From contig CALVMU010000001.1 in the NCBI GenBank assembly GCA_944348085.1, positions 1,703 through 65,702 of the forward strand: 64,000 nucleotides of DNA, written 5' to 3'. Position 1 is the first letter of the stretch. Each line of letters begins with the position of its first letter. The notes under the pieces were generated by a model. The model saw only the letters and a program-made list of their open reading frames with translations, did not search any database and had not been told where the DNA came from. A program made the translations under genes and the position numbers. This DNA is from an uncultured Clostridia bacterium. Its GTDB lineage: Bacteria > Bacillota > Clostridia > Christensenellales > UBA1242. Positions 35,729 to 45,626 of this stretch are shown in pieces.

Positions 35729-36460
35729 TTATTCTTCATCATCAAATTTTTTTTCTACAACGACTGGCTCTGGAAATAGCAACCTTTTTGCAATTTCAAA
35801 TCTGGTTTGTTTGTAAGGAACAAGTTCTGTGCAATATTTATCAATCACTTCCAAAACCTCTTGATTGTATTGTTGATTTTCTTCACCTGTTGGCGCGTTG
35901 AAAGTCAATCCATATTTTACAACTTTCTTTCCTCCAATCAAATCTTTATATTCAGTTTTTTCAAAAAACATTTTCGCCTTATATCCAAATCCGCCAACAA
36001 TTTGATATTTTTTGCCATAAACTTTTATTTCAATCTTTGGAATAGTTTGCCTTACAACTGAAACAAGGTCAATGGTAAAAGGCTCGGTAAAAGATGACTG
36101 AATGGCATTTGCAATTTGAATAGGAAAGTCTTTTGGCTCTTCTGAACCTGTGCATTCAGCAAGATAAAACTTTTTGCTTTTTCGCCTTACATTTGCAGGC
36201 AGAAAGCTTATTTTTCTTACCTTAAAGAAAATTCCGTCATTTTCTTCATACTGTTTGGACAAAACAAGACCTGCATTTGAAAGCATGTTGTTTGAAACAT
36301 CGTAAATTATTTCTCTTCCAACAAAGTTTTCTACAAAACGCAAAGTATAAAATTTTAAAAGCTTATCAAGCTTGCTTGTAATTTTTTTCTCATCTTTGCC
36401 GATGATGTAGTAATGGTATTTTTCTACATTTTCATTTTCAAGTTTAGAAAAATCTCTCAT
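35729..36460 (-). CDS. Hypothetical protein, possibly CYTH-like (triphosphate tunnel fold)
   Basis: There is a weak pattern only: VEKYHYYI near the N-terminus, IYDVSNNMLSNAGLVLS...FFKVRK, and C-terminal TRFEIAKRLL. Confidence 0.3.
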   Translation of the reverse strand: MRDFSKLENENVEKYHYYIIGKDEKKITSKLDKLLKFYTLRFVENFVGREIIYDVSNNMLSNAGLVLSKQYEENDGIFFKVRKISFLPANVRRKSKKFYLAECTGSEEPKDFPIQIANAIQSSFTEPFTIDLVSVVRQTIPKIEIKVYGKKYQIVGGFGYKAKMFFEKTEYKDLIGGKKVVKYGLTFNAPTGEENQQYNQEVLEVIDKYCTELVPYKQTRFEIAKRLLFPEPVVVEKKFDDEE

Positions 36461-36558
36461 TTGACACCTCTTTGGTTATAGTTTACTAAAAAAAGCAAAA
36501 AAAATCAAATGTTTAGCGCTTATTAAAATGGAAATACTTGATTTACAAGGAGAAAATT

Positions 36559-37158
36559 ATGCAGTTTAATCAAAGTCAAACAAAAATCAGCATTGCAAGA
36601 GCTTTTGCGGGGCTTTGTCAAGATGCAGCAAGATATCAATTTATGGCAAAGGATGCGCGCGATGACGGCATGGAATATTTATCAACCCTCTTAGAAGGAA
36701 TGGGCAAGCACAAAATTGGTCAAAGCCAAAGACTTTATAGCCTTATGCTTGAACTTTCGGAAAACAAAAAAGATAATGTTGTGATTGAGGCTGGTTATCC
36801 ATTTGAAGACAACAAAATCACTATTTCACTTGAACGCGCTGGAATTATCGAAGAATATGAAGGCAAAAATCTTTTTGCGCAATTTGTAAGAGTGGCAACT
36901 GATGAAGGGTTCAAAGAGATTGCTGGAGTGTTTGAGCTTATTGGCAAAGTCTCACACAAGCACAGCAGAATTTTAAAAACGCTTGCACAAAATTACAACA
37001 AGCGTCAGCTTTACAAAAACAGCAAGCCTCTCACCTGGACATGTTCAAATTGCGGTCACAGCATTGAAGACAAGAGCGCATGGCTTGTCTGCCCTCTTTG
37101 CAAAAAACCAAAAGGCTATGTGATGATTCCTGAAGAAAAACTGACAAGTGGAGAATAA
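36559..37158 (+). CDS. Rubrerythrin-like protein (ferritin-like domain plus C-terminal rubredoxin) with apparently degenerate di-iron ligands
   Basis: The C-terminus is WTCSNCGH...CPLCKKPKGY. The N-terminus has AFAGLCQDAARYQF where canonical proteins have AFAGESQARNRY. AAGGAG SD before the ATG at 36559. Confidence 0.6.
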   Translation: MQFNQSQTKISIARAFAGLCQDAARYQFMAKDARDDGMEYLSTLLEGMGKHKIGQSQRLYSLMLELSENKKDNVVIEAGYPFEDNKITISLERAGIIEEYEGKNLFAQFVRVATDEGFKEIAGVFELIGKVSHKHSRILKTLAQNYNKRQLYKNSKPLTWTCSNCGHSIEDKSAWLVCPLCKKPKGYVMIPEEKLTSGE

Positions 37159-37211
37159 ACTTAAAGCGCAAAAGAGCATAAAAGCATTTTGCAAAACATA
37201 ACAATAGTTTT

Positions 37212-38642
37212 GTGAAAACAAATTTAAAGTTTCGCAATAAATTTTTGTATGGAATAGGCGGACTTGGTTATAGTTCAATGTCACAAACATTGAACAATTT
37301 TATTATGTTTTTTGGCACTTCAGTGATGGGAATTTCTGGCTCGCTTGTTGGCATTGCTGTCGCAATTTCTTCCCTTTGGGATGGTGTCAGCGACCCATTG
37401 ATTGGGCACCTTTCAGACAACACAAACAACAAATTTTTTGGCAAACGACTGGGTTTTATGTTTTTTGGCATTTTTATCATCGCCCTTCTCAACATCTGCA
37501 TTTGGTCAATGCCTGCCTCTCTGCCAGAAATTGGAAAATTTTTGTGGCTTCTTGTTGGAATGCTTGCAATAGAGAGCGCCAACACCTGCTTTGGCACGCC
37601 ATACGCAGCTCTTGCCATCGACCTTGCGCCTGACTATAACGAGCAATCAAAAATTCAAGGTTTTAAAACGGTTTTTTCAATCATGGGCATGGTGCTTCCA
37701 AGCATTTTGATGTATTTCTTTATGCCGTCAATTTCAATTTCAATTCAAGCCTCACACAGCCAAAGCGGTTACATCAAAATTGCCCTTATAAATTCTGGCA
37801 TGCTTTTGTTTTTCGGGCTTATTATGATTGCCTCTTGCCTTAGTTACACCAGAAAAAACAAAATTTACAGTCAAAAAACCGAAAAGCAAAAATTTAAGTT
37901 TTCCGCTCTCGTCAATGGCTATTTTGACATTTTGAAGAAAAAAGATTTCCGAAATGTCATCTTGGGCTATTCTTTTGCCACAATCGCCTCTGCCTTTCTC
38001 ACTTCTGTGGGACTTCACCTTTTCACCTATTGCTATCATTTTTCAAGTCCGCAAATCTCTATAGTTCTCATCTGTCTTTTTGGTGGCGCAATTTTGTCTC
38101 AACCACTTTGGGTTTACATTTCAAAGCGCCTTGACAAGAAAAAGGCCCTCATCTACTCGCTCAGCACTATCATTTTTGGCATATTTTTGATTGTTTTAAC
38201 CTTTTTATTCCGAGAATATATTCCAGTTCAAACAATGTTTTATATAGCCATGCCATGCCTTGTCTTTTGTGGAATTGGCGCTGGTGCGATGTATAGCTTG
38301 CCCTTTTCTATGTATGCCGATGTCGTCACTCTTGAAATTTACAAGACAAGCAACAACAATGCAGGCTCTTACACAGGTTTTTTCACCTTCACATACAACC
38401 TTGCCAACTCAATTGCACTGCTTATCATAGGATTTTTGCTTGACATAATCAAATTTGACTCTTCCGAGCCACTTCAAGCACTTTCGGTGCAAAACGGACT
38501 TGGAATGATTGTCTTCTTTGGTTGCACAATTTTTCTTTCACTTGCAATCATGATGTTTTCAAAATATTCGCTCAGGCGCTCTGATGTTTTAAAGATGCAA
38601 CTGACCACCGAGCGAGAGCAAAAAGAAAAAGCCAAAAGCTGA
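37212..38642 (+). CDS. MFS transporter (glycoside-pentoside-hexuronide-like)
   Basis: About 12 TM segments. DGVSDPLIGHLSDN is typical of the GPH family. GTG start. Confidence 0.7.
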   Translation: MKTNLKFRNKFLYGIGGLGYSSMSQTLNNFIMFFGTSVMGISGSLVGIAVAISSLWDGVSDPLIGHLSDNTNNKFFGKRLGFMFFGIFIIALLNICIWSMPASLPEIGKFLWLLVGMLAIESANTCFGTPYAALAIDLAPDYNEQSKIQGFKTVFSIMGMVLPSILMYFFMPSISISIQASHSQSGYIKIALINSGMLLFFGLIMIASCLSYTRKNKIYSQKTEKQKFKFSALVNGYFDILKKKDFRNVILGYSFATIASAFLTSVGLHLFTYCYHFSSPQISIVLICLFGGAILSQPLWVYISKRLDKKKALIYSLSTIIFGIFLIVLTFLFREYIPVQTMFYIAMPCLVFCGIGAGAMYSLPFSMYADVVTLEIYKTSNNNAGSYTGFFTFTYNLANSIALLIIGFLLDIIKFDSSEPLQALSVQNGLGMIVFFGCTIFLSLAIMMFSKYSLRRSDVLKMQLTTEREQKEKAKS

Positions 38643-38683
38643 AAAACTTAAATAAAAAGCAATTTTTTGATAAAAATAAATCT

Positions 38684-39178
38684 ATGAAAAAGTTGTTTTT
38701 GATTTTTGCAATAATTTTGATTTTGCCTTTTTGCAGTGGTTGTGACAAAACCTTTGAAATGGCAGAGGTTTCACGCAATAATGAGCAGACTGGCGGTGCG
38801 CTTTCATTTGAATACAATAAGGACACTGGAAAAATAACCTTTGGTGGCGAAGGCGAAGTTGTGCAATTTTATGAGGCAAACCTGGCAAAAGGCTGGACTG
38901 AAGAAGGCGCAAGAGTTGGAATAAAAATAAAAGCGCCAGAAGGGCTTGACAATTATGAAGCAATCAAAGTTTGGGTTGACGGCACTGAAAATCCACCATA
39001 TTTTAAGCATAGCTATGTGGTTGGGCAAAAAACTGGAGAGATTGAGCTTACGCCAAAAGTTGAAGATGTTGAAAAAGAAATTGAAGTAAAAATAAGCTGG
39101 CAAAGCGGAAGCAACGAGCAAAAATATGTGATAAATTTTGCAAAAGGCACCCTTTTGATGAAAAAACAAAGCACTTAA
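38684..39178 (+). CDS. Small hypothetical lipoprotein
   Basis: The signal peptide MKKLFLIFAIILILPFCSGC has a lipobox-like SGC. Confidence 0.55.
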   Translation: MKKLFLIFAIILILPFCSGCDKTFEMAEVSRNNEQTGGALSFEYNKDTGKITFGGEGEVVQFYEANLAKGWTEEGARVGIKIKAPEGLDNYEAIKVWVDGTENPPYFKHSYVVGQKTGEIELTPKVEDVEKEIEVKISWQSGSNEQKYVINFAKGTLLMKKQST

Positions 39179-39218
39179 AGGCTTATTTCCTCATAAACTG
39201 ATTTTGTGAGGAGGAAAA

Positions 39219-40235
39219 ATGCAAACAATAAAAAAATTATCACTCATGGCTTGTTCGCTGGTGCTGTGTCTGACAGCCTGCCTTATCTTTGTCGGCTGTG
39301 GAAGCTCAGACCCAAACCGAATAAGACTTAATGAGGTGACAAGAAGCATATTCTATGCACCACTTTATGTTGCATACAATATGGGCTTCTTTGAAGATGA
39401 AGGTTTGAGCGTCACAATTGAAACAGCAACTGGCTCTGATGCCTCTATGACCGCCCTTTTGAGCGGAAGTGCTGACATCATTCTTGCAGGCCCTGAAACC
39501 GTTATCTATTCATCAACTTCATCTGACCACCCTGTTGTTTTTGGACAATTGACTCAAAAAGATGGCTCTTTCATTGTTTCTCGCGACCCAATTGAAGATG
39601 AGTTTTCACTTGATATGCTTAAAGGCAAAACCATCATCGGCGGAAGAGCTGGCGGACTGCCTGCAATGACGCTTGAATATGTCATCAAAAATGCTGGGCT
39701 TACAATCGGAACCAACCTTGAAGCTGGCGAGGTAAATCTTCGAACTGATGTTGCTTTCAACAACATTGCAAGCGAATTTCAAGTTTCAGGAAATGAGTTC
39801 TGCACACTTTTCGAGCCAAATGCAACCACTCTTGAAAATGAAGGCATGGGCTATGTTGTCTCTGCTGTCGGAACAGTTTCTGGTGAAATCCCATACACCT
39901 GCTTTGCTACAAAATCAAGCTATCTTGAAAATAACAGCGAGCAAGCAGAGAAGTTTTTGAAAGCTGTAAAAAATGGCTATCAATACATTGTTGAAAATGA
40001 CTCAGCTGTTGTTGTCAAAGCACTTACTGCAAGCTTTGCTGGCATGAGTGAGGCAGAACTTCAGATTGCAATTGAACAATATCTTTCAATTGACGCTTGG
40101 AGCCATGACATGATTTTCAGTGAAGAGTCTTTCAACAAACTTCTTGACATCATAAATTCAACTCAAGGCACATCTTATGCTCCAGACTATTCTGCTTTGA
40201 TTGACAACTCAATTGCAGAAAAACTTGCCGCTTAA
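39219..40235 (+). CDS. Lipoprotein, ABC-type substrate-binding protein (NMT1/THI5, nitrate/sulfonate/bicarbonate-like); orphan
   Basis: FVGC lipobox. YAPLYVAYNMGFFEDEGL..V is typical of the family. No permease or ATPase gene is adjacent. Confidence 0.65.
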   Translation: MQTIKKLSLMACSLVLCLTACLIFVGCGSSDPNRIRLNEVTRSIFYAPLYVAYNMGFFEDEGLSVTIETATGSDASMTALLSGSADIILAGPETVIYSSTSSDHPVVFGQLTQKDGSFIVSRDPIEDEFSLDMLKGKTIIGGRAGGLPAMTLEYVIKNAGLTIGTNLEAGEVNLRTDVAFNNIASEFQVSGNEFCTLFEPNATTLENEGMGYVVSAVGTVSGEIPYTCFATKSSYLENNSEQAEKFLKAVKNGYQYIVENDSAVVVKALTASFAGMSEAELQIAIEQYLSIDAWSHDMIFSEESFNKLLDIINSTQGTSYAPDYSALIDNSIAEKLAA

Positions 40236-40277
40236 AATTTGAGGTCAAACAAAAAAGGGAACTAAAAATTCCCTTTT

Positions 40278-42590
40278 TTATAAGTAATAATCTTTATAAC
40301 TAACCTCTTTTTCTTTTTCGCGCTTTTGAACATTTGCCTTTGCTTGACCGCGTTTTTTTAAGTAAATGATAAGGAAAATTCCAACACCAAGCACAACAAC
40401 CACGCAAGGCAAAGTTATCCAAAGCCATAAAAGCCCATTTCCATCGCCACCATCTTCAACAATGGTCGGAACAGAAAGAGTTATCGACTGACCTTGAGTG
40501 TTTTCATAAATTTTTGCCACATTGATTGACAGTGTGTAAGTGTTTAGACCATCAGAATTTACTGCGCTGTTTCTGACAACATCCTCTTGTGCCACATTTT
40601 CATTGTAAAGCGACCTTATAACAGTCAAGAAGTTGGCGCTGTCAAAGTCGTAACCCTCATTCATAGTCACAACAACGCTAAGGTTTGTCAGCGTTCTAAG
40701 CACTGTGATAGGGCTTCCTTCATAAGTTGTTCCAGAAACAGTTATAGAGTTTATTCTGTCAGTGTTTAAATTTGAAAAATCAATTGCAATTCCGTTTTCA
40801 CTTGAAAAAACTGCAACAAGCCTAAACGCTTGGTCAAATGGAGCAACACCAAAATTTATTGGAAGGCTTTGCATGCTCGGCGAAACGCTGTCGCTTTCTC
40901 CCGCCCATGTTGTTTCAGGATTGGTATTCCAATCGCCATTTCCGTTTTGATAATAAAGCTCCCAATGCGAGAAGGTGTAATAGCTTTGCGCAACTGCCCT
41001 GATTGTTACTTGAGCGCTCTGAATTGTGTAAGACTGAACAATTGATTCAATAGGGTTCTCACCTGAGAAAGTAACTCCACCTGGCAATATGTCGCCGTCA
41101 CGAGCAACTCTATATTCTGCTCGATAAGCTTTTGCTTGGAAAGTGAAAGAATAAGAACCACTTGTATAGCCATTTGCGCTAAAAGCTATGGTGAAAGAAT
41201 TTGTGTCTTCATTTGCTGTGACAGTATAGTCACCTTCGCCAATTTTTGATGTTCCATTCACGCGTATGTCTGTCAAGTTGTAAAACTGAACCACATTGGT
41301 GATTGTGGCTCCACCTTTTTCTTGTGGTCTAAGAGCCAAAGTGATTGTCAAATCTTTGTTGTATGCAATGTCTCTGATTGAAGTTTCTTCACCTTCCGAT
41401 GAAAAGCTTGCAGAAGAGACAATATTGTCAAGGTTGCTGTCTATTGAGAAAGAAAAGGTTTGAAACTGTTGCAAAACAATATTGCCAGAGCTTGTGCCAA
41501 ACACTGTTTTGAAATTGAAACCTGCACTAACAGGATTGAAATTTGCGCTGTTTGAAATAAATGAATATGTCAAAGAACTTTCAGACCTTAGAGTTTCTGA
41601 AGTGATAAAACTGTCACCATTTTTTCCAACAGGCTGCAAAAGTGCATCAGACCAATAGCAATAGTTTAGAGCAGAATTTAAAATCGAACTGTTTGCAGAG
41701 TTTTGTCCAATTATAGCGCCTGCTGTTATGTCTGACGAAGAAATTGTGCATGAGGCAACATTGTCTTTTACTATAGTTGTGTCACCTTGTGCAAAACCGA
41801 TAAGCCCGCCAAGAGCCACTCCATCAAATGTAGCGCTAGAGCCCTGCGCTGCTTGAGCTGTTATCGCTCCAAAACAAAGAGTTCTCTCAATCACGCTTGA
41901 CGAAAGCACGCCCACAGCTCCACCAATGTTGTATTGATAATTTGCAGGCAAGGTGATGTTCATCTGCCCTTTTAAAACAACATCGCTTATTGAAGAGCCT
42001 TCTCGCAAGTTGCCCACGATAAGCCCAATGTTTGCCGAAGTTGATGGCAAGCTATAAGCAATTGCCGTGCTATTGCCTTCAACTTGAACGCCTGTCACAT
42101 CGATTTCACAATTTGAAATTGAAACGCCGTCACCTCTTCCAAGCAAAACGCCAATTGACAGCACTCCAGCGCTGTTTGCAGAAAAGTTGTATGTCACAGA
42201 GCCTGTGATTTTTAAGTTTTCAATAGTCGCATTTTGAGCCACACCAATAAGCCCAAAATTGTTGCCACCATTTTCATTTGAGAAAGATAAATTTGAAATG
42301 GTGTGTCCATCACCATTTAATGTGCCTTTAAAAACTTGAGAATTGTCACTTGAGGCTGAGGCATTTAAAGTTATTCCAAGCTCAGCAAAATCAAGGTCAG
42401 AAGAAAGTGTGATAGATGAGTATTGCCAAGGCGCGCTGAAAACTTCAGCCGCATTCGATTCATTGACTGTGACCTCTTTAAGGTTTGCCTCATCTGCCAA
42501 AGTGTTATTAAAAGAAAGGGAGCCTAAAGCAAGTCCCCCAACAGCAAGTGCAAAAACCAAAAAAATCGATAAAGATTTAAAAAATTTCAT
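40278..42590 (-). CDS. Large surface protein (770 aa) with a GLUG-like N-terminal module, Ig-like middle region and C-terminal TM anchor
   Basis: Signal peptide, then FKGTLNGDGHTISNL..GLIG as in the giant protein. The C-terminus is LLWLWITLPCVVVVLGVGIFLIIYLKKRG. Confidence 0.75.
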   Translation of the reverse strand: MKFFKSLSIFLVFALAVGGLALGSLSFNNTLADEANLKEVTVNESNAAEVFSAPWQYSSITLSSDLDFAELGITLNASASSDNSQVFKGTLNGDGHTISNLSFSNENGGNNFGLIGVAQNATIENLKITGSVTYNFSANSAGVLSIGVLLGRGDGVSISNCEIDVTGVQVEGNSTAIAYSLPSTSANIGLIVGNLREGSSISDVVLKGQMNITLPANYQYNIGGAVGVLSSSVIERTLCFGAITAQAAQGSSATFDGVALGGLIGFAQGDTTIVKDNVASCTISSSDITAGAIIGQNSANSSILNSALNYCYWSDALLQPVGKNGDSFITSETLRSESSLTYSFISNSANFNPVSAGFNFKTVFGTSSGNIVLQQFQTFSFSIDSNLDNIVSSASFSSEGEETSIRDIAYNKDLTITLALRPQEKGGATITNVVQFYNLTDIRVNGTSKIGEGDYTVTANEDTNSFTIAFSANGYTSGSYSFTFQAKAYRAEYRVARDGDILPGGVTFSGENPIESIVQSYTIQSAQVTIRAVAQSYYTFSHWELYYQNGNGDWNTNPETTWAGESDSVSPSMQSLPINFGVAPFDQAFRLVAVFSSENGIAIDFSNLNTDRINSITVSGTTYEGSPITVLRTLTNLSVVVTMNEGYDFDSANFLTVIRSLYNENVAQEDVVRNSAVNSDGLNTYTLSINVAKIYENTQGQSITLSVPTIVEDGGDGNGLLWLWITLPCVVVVLGVGIFLIIYLKKRGQAKANVQKREKEKEVSYKDYYL

Positions 42591-42684
42591 TTCTCACCTT
42601 TTTCATAGATAATCTTATCATACAAATGTTATTTTTTCCAAATAAATATCGAAATATTTTGCTTTTTGCCGAATTTTTTGAATT

Positions 42685-44106
42685 TTAATGTTTTTTATTC
42701 AATTTTTTTATAAGCCTTTCCTTATCTTTCTGCACCTCTGTCTTTTTTGTCGTGAAAGCCTTGTCCTGATTTAAACTGACAAGATAATATCTCATTTCGT
42801 CAAGGCAGTGGTCATCTTTTTTTATAGGAAGGTCGTCGTCACCCCACCAATATGATTTGATTTCACGAATAAGATTGACGCAATTTTTGAAAATATACAG
42901 ATGCGTTTTTCCATTTGCATCACAAAGATAACGCTTTACAATGTTGATGCCAGTAAACATATCTTTATTCACTCGCGGATTTGTCAAAATGCCATTTTCA
43001 TAGAAAAGTTCCACCACGTTTTTGGTGCTGGCAAGCGTTTTTTGAGTTGCCGCACTGTCAATAAGCGCCTCCAAAAAGCCATTTCGGTTGGTTTTCCAGC
43101 CAAGACGCGAGGCAATCTCTTTGATCTTTTGAGCATGCCAGTCAACCTCTTTGCCTTTTTCATAATGCTCAGCAATCACATAGACATTGCCGTCATAGTC
43201 GCGCGCATAAAAGTGAGCAGAAAGCGGATTGTTGAGTCCTGGGTCGATTGAGATGTTGTCTTGCCAATCTTTTGGAATTTCAAATGGCTCTATCACATGT
43301 TTGTTTTCATCAAAACTGTTATACACAAGTCCGCCACATTGCATAAATTTTCCATAACGCCTGCTTTCCAGCTCTTCCGCCGAAATGGAAGCGCTCATCT
43401 CTTCAATTTCCTTTTGAGAAAGATATGGGTTGTCCGCCCATTCCATTTGAATGGTCCAAACATTTTCGTCATTATGCTCGTTGAGATAGATTTCGTTATA
43501 CACCCAAGTAAGCCCTTTAAGCGGAGTCATTGTTCCAAAAATTTCGCCACTCCGATCAAGAACTCTCATTTTGCATTCCAAATATATGTCATAAGGCGGT
43601 TCTTCATCAAACCAAACAAAATCGAGCGAAGTGCCTTGAAATTTTTCTCTGCCCTGATCGCAACTTTTGAAGCCAATTTTGCTCAGCGAGCCAAAAACAT
43701 TGCGCACCAAAATAAAATCAATCACGCCACTTTCGGCGCTGTCTTGCCTGCCTTTTGCCATCACAATTTTTTCAATCCACTGCTTTTTTAAGTAGTGAAG
43801 CACTTTGGCCTGCGCGACATCGCGTTGAACTTGTTTTGACAAACTGACAACCCAGCAAGAAATTGGCTTGTTTTTTCGATATGGATGAATGCCACGCGCA
43901 AGATAAACTGTTTCCACAGCACCACACTCAGTTTTTCCAGAGCGATTTCCACCAAAAACCCAGCGGTTTTTCTTCTGGCATTTGTGAAATTCAAGTTGTT
44001 TTTTATGGATTTTTTCACCGCTGTTATATTGCGATAAAAAATCATCTTTTTTTCTTTCTTTGATTTCTTCTTTAACTAGTTTAAGTTTATATTTCAATTC
44101 ATTCAT
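42685..44106 (-). CDS. Phage terminase large subunit (apparently intact, orphan)
   Basis: Walker A GGNRSGKTECG, Walker B LDFVWFDEEP, coupling motif GTMTP, and nuclease Asp motifs ISIDPG / DDHCLDEMRYY. The start was moved to MNELKY (AGGTGA SD). Confidence 0.8.
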   Translation of the reverse strand: MNELKYKLKLVKEEIKERKKDDFLSQYNSGEKIHKKQLEFHKCQKKNRWVFGGNRSGKTECGAVETVYLARGIHPYRKNKPISCWVVSLSKQVQRDVAQAKVLHYLKKQWIEKIVMAKGRQDSAESGVIDFILVRNVFGSLSKIGFKSCDQGREKFQGTSLDFVWFDEEPPYDIYLECKMRVLDRSGEIFGTMTPLKGLTWVYNEIYLNEHNDENVWTIQMEWADNPYLSQKEIEEMSASISAEELESRRYGKFMQCGGLVYNSFDENKHVIEPFEIPKDWQDNISIDPGLNNPLSAHFYARDYDGNVYVIAEHYEKGKEVDWHAQKIKEIASRLGWKTNRNGFLEALIDSAATQKTLASTKNVVELFYENGILTNPRVNKDMFTGINIVKRYLCDANGKTHLYIFKNCVNLIREIKSYWWGDDDLPIKKDDHCLDEMRYYLVSLNQDKAFTTKKTEVQKDKERLIKKLNKKH

Positions 44107-44194
44107 TTTTTCACCTGTCAAAATAAGATATTTAGCTTGTTTTTTCGACAAAAAATGGTTAACAATAAAAAATTTTAAAATTTAAAATAAAATC

Positions 44195-44995
44195 ATGATT
44201 AAAAAAATGTGTTTTATAGTTTTAGGTTTATCTCTATTTTGTGCATTTTTTGGCTTCTTCCAGCCTGCAAATGCAAGCGAAAGCATAAGCTATTATGCAA
44301 AAGTTGAAGAAAGCGGAGTCTATTTCTATTCAAATCCAATAGATGACGAAACCAGCAAGCTTTTTATTTTGCCTCAGACATATTTTGTCTATCTGACCGA
44401 CGAGGAAAATGAAAACTTTTATGTCGCACAATATAAAGATGTCTATGGCTATGTGCGAAAACAAGATGTGGTCGTCATGAACGGAACTCCGTCTGTGCCT
44501 TTCGCCAGCCGAAATTTTACAATCAAAGATTTAGATGGACTTTCTCTTTACCCTTCCCCTAGTTTTTCAAACAACACAAGCCTTGCAAAAATTGATTATC
44601 TGACCATCGTCTCGTCATATTATGGCGACATGCCTGGTGAAAATATTCCTGACCTAAACAGCCCATGGTTTTATTGCAAAGTTGTTCAAGATGATGCAAC
44701 TTTGTTTGGCTATGTTTATTCTGACTCATGCTATCGAATCAGCACCATTTCGCCAAATACCGAAAGCTTTGAAATTGTCTCTTCGCCAAGTTTTGATGTT
44801 TCGCAAGGTCAAGAGGCCTCGCTGAGCGAAGTTGCAATGGCATTTATTGTGATTGGCGTTTCTTTGCCTTGCATTCTTATAATCTATCTGCTTATAAAAC
44901 CAAGCCTGCAAAAATCAAAACCTTCACCTTCCAAAAAGAAAGTGCGCAAACGCCACGGTGACTATTTTGAATTTGATGAAAACGACTTAAACTAA
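44195..44995 (+). CDS. Secreted protein with two SH3b-like domains and a C-terminal TM anchor
   Basis: Signal peptide, then YAKV..SGVYFYSNP..YV.KQDV patterns repeated twice. Hydrophobic helix AMAFIVIGVSLPCILIIYLLI. Confidence 0.55.
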   Translation: MIKKMCFIVLGLSLFCAFFGFFQPANASESISYYAKVEESGVYFYSNPIDDETSKLFILPQTYFVYLTDEENENFYVAQYKDVYGYVRKQDVVVMNGTPSVPFASRNFTIKDLDGLSLYPSPSFSNNTSLAKIDYLTIVSSYYGDMPGENIPDLNSPWFYCKVVQDDATLFGYVYSDSCYRISTISPNTESFEIVSSPSFDVSQGQEASLSEVAMAFIVIGVSLPCILIIYLLIKPSLQKSKPSPSKKKVRKRHGDYFEFDENDLN

Positions 44996-44996
44996 G

Positions 44997-45524
44997 CTAG
45001 CCAGCAACAAGTTTTCCCAGTCTGTTTTCGTCAATTTGCACGCTGTCGTCACTCTTTGCAGAAATAAGGCGATTGTAAACTTCCATAATCCACTTTTCCG
45101 ACGAAATATAATCAAACAACCTTTTTTCAGAAAAACCCAGTTTGCTCATTTCAACCGAAAAATGCTCAAGCGCTTCATTCAATCTGCGAAAATATGTTCG
45201 TTCTGAAAGATTATGCCTTTTTGCAATGTCAAAACTCTTTTCATTGTCCATATAGCGTTCAATCAAAATTTGTGCCGACAAAATAGGACATGCCTCAAGT
45301 GCCATATCAATCAAAATCTTAAGGTTTATAAGTTTAACCTTGCGCTCCGACAAATTTATAATGTAATCTGCAACTGATGTTATGCTGTTTTCACTTCCTC
45401 CAGAAAGTCCAACATAAAAAGAATTCAAAGCTCGCCTTTCAATCAACCTATCAATTGCATCGGTAATTCTTTCCAAATACCTATCGACCATCAAAACTGT
45501 TTTTGCACATAAATTAAACTTCAT
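44997..45524 (-). CDS. Sigma-70 region-4-like HTH protein (ArpU/RinA-like phage late-gene activator type)
   Basis: ILIERYMDNEKSFDIAKRHNLSERTYFRRLNEALEHF reads as a region-4 HTH. The start was moved to MKFNL (AGGGGGA SD). Confidence 0.5.
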   Translation of the reverse strand: MKFNLCAKTVLMVDRYLERITDAIDRLIERRALNSFYVGLSGGSENSITSVADYIINLSERKVKLINLKILIDMALEACPILSAQILIERYMDNEKSFDIAKRHNLSERTYFRRLNEALEHFSVEMSKLGFSEKRLFDYISSEKWIMEVYNRLISAKSDDSVQIDENRLGKLVAG

Positions 45525-45602
45525 ATTTCCCCCTTTAATACGAAAAAAATTATAAAATTTAAAACAACAATAGTCAATGTTAACTGCCATAAATTTTTAT
45601 AG

Positions 45603-45626
45603 TTTTTTACAATATTTTACAAAATT
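45603..45626 (-). promoter_or_regulatory. Shared upstream motif (copy 1), tandem TTGTAAAA on the sense strand
   Basis: ttttttacaatattttacaaaatt lies about 80 nt upstream of the sigma-like gene. A near-identical sequence occurs at 48440-48463, upstream of the Spo0A-C-like gene. Confidence 0.45.

Noticed and set aside
40278-45524. A complete prophage around the terminase gene
   Set aside because: No portal, capsid, tail, lysis or integrase genes are present. The neighbours are host-type surface and SH3 proteins. The region is reported only as an orphan TerL.
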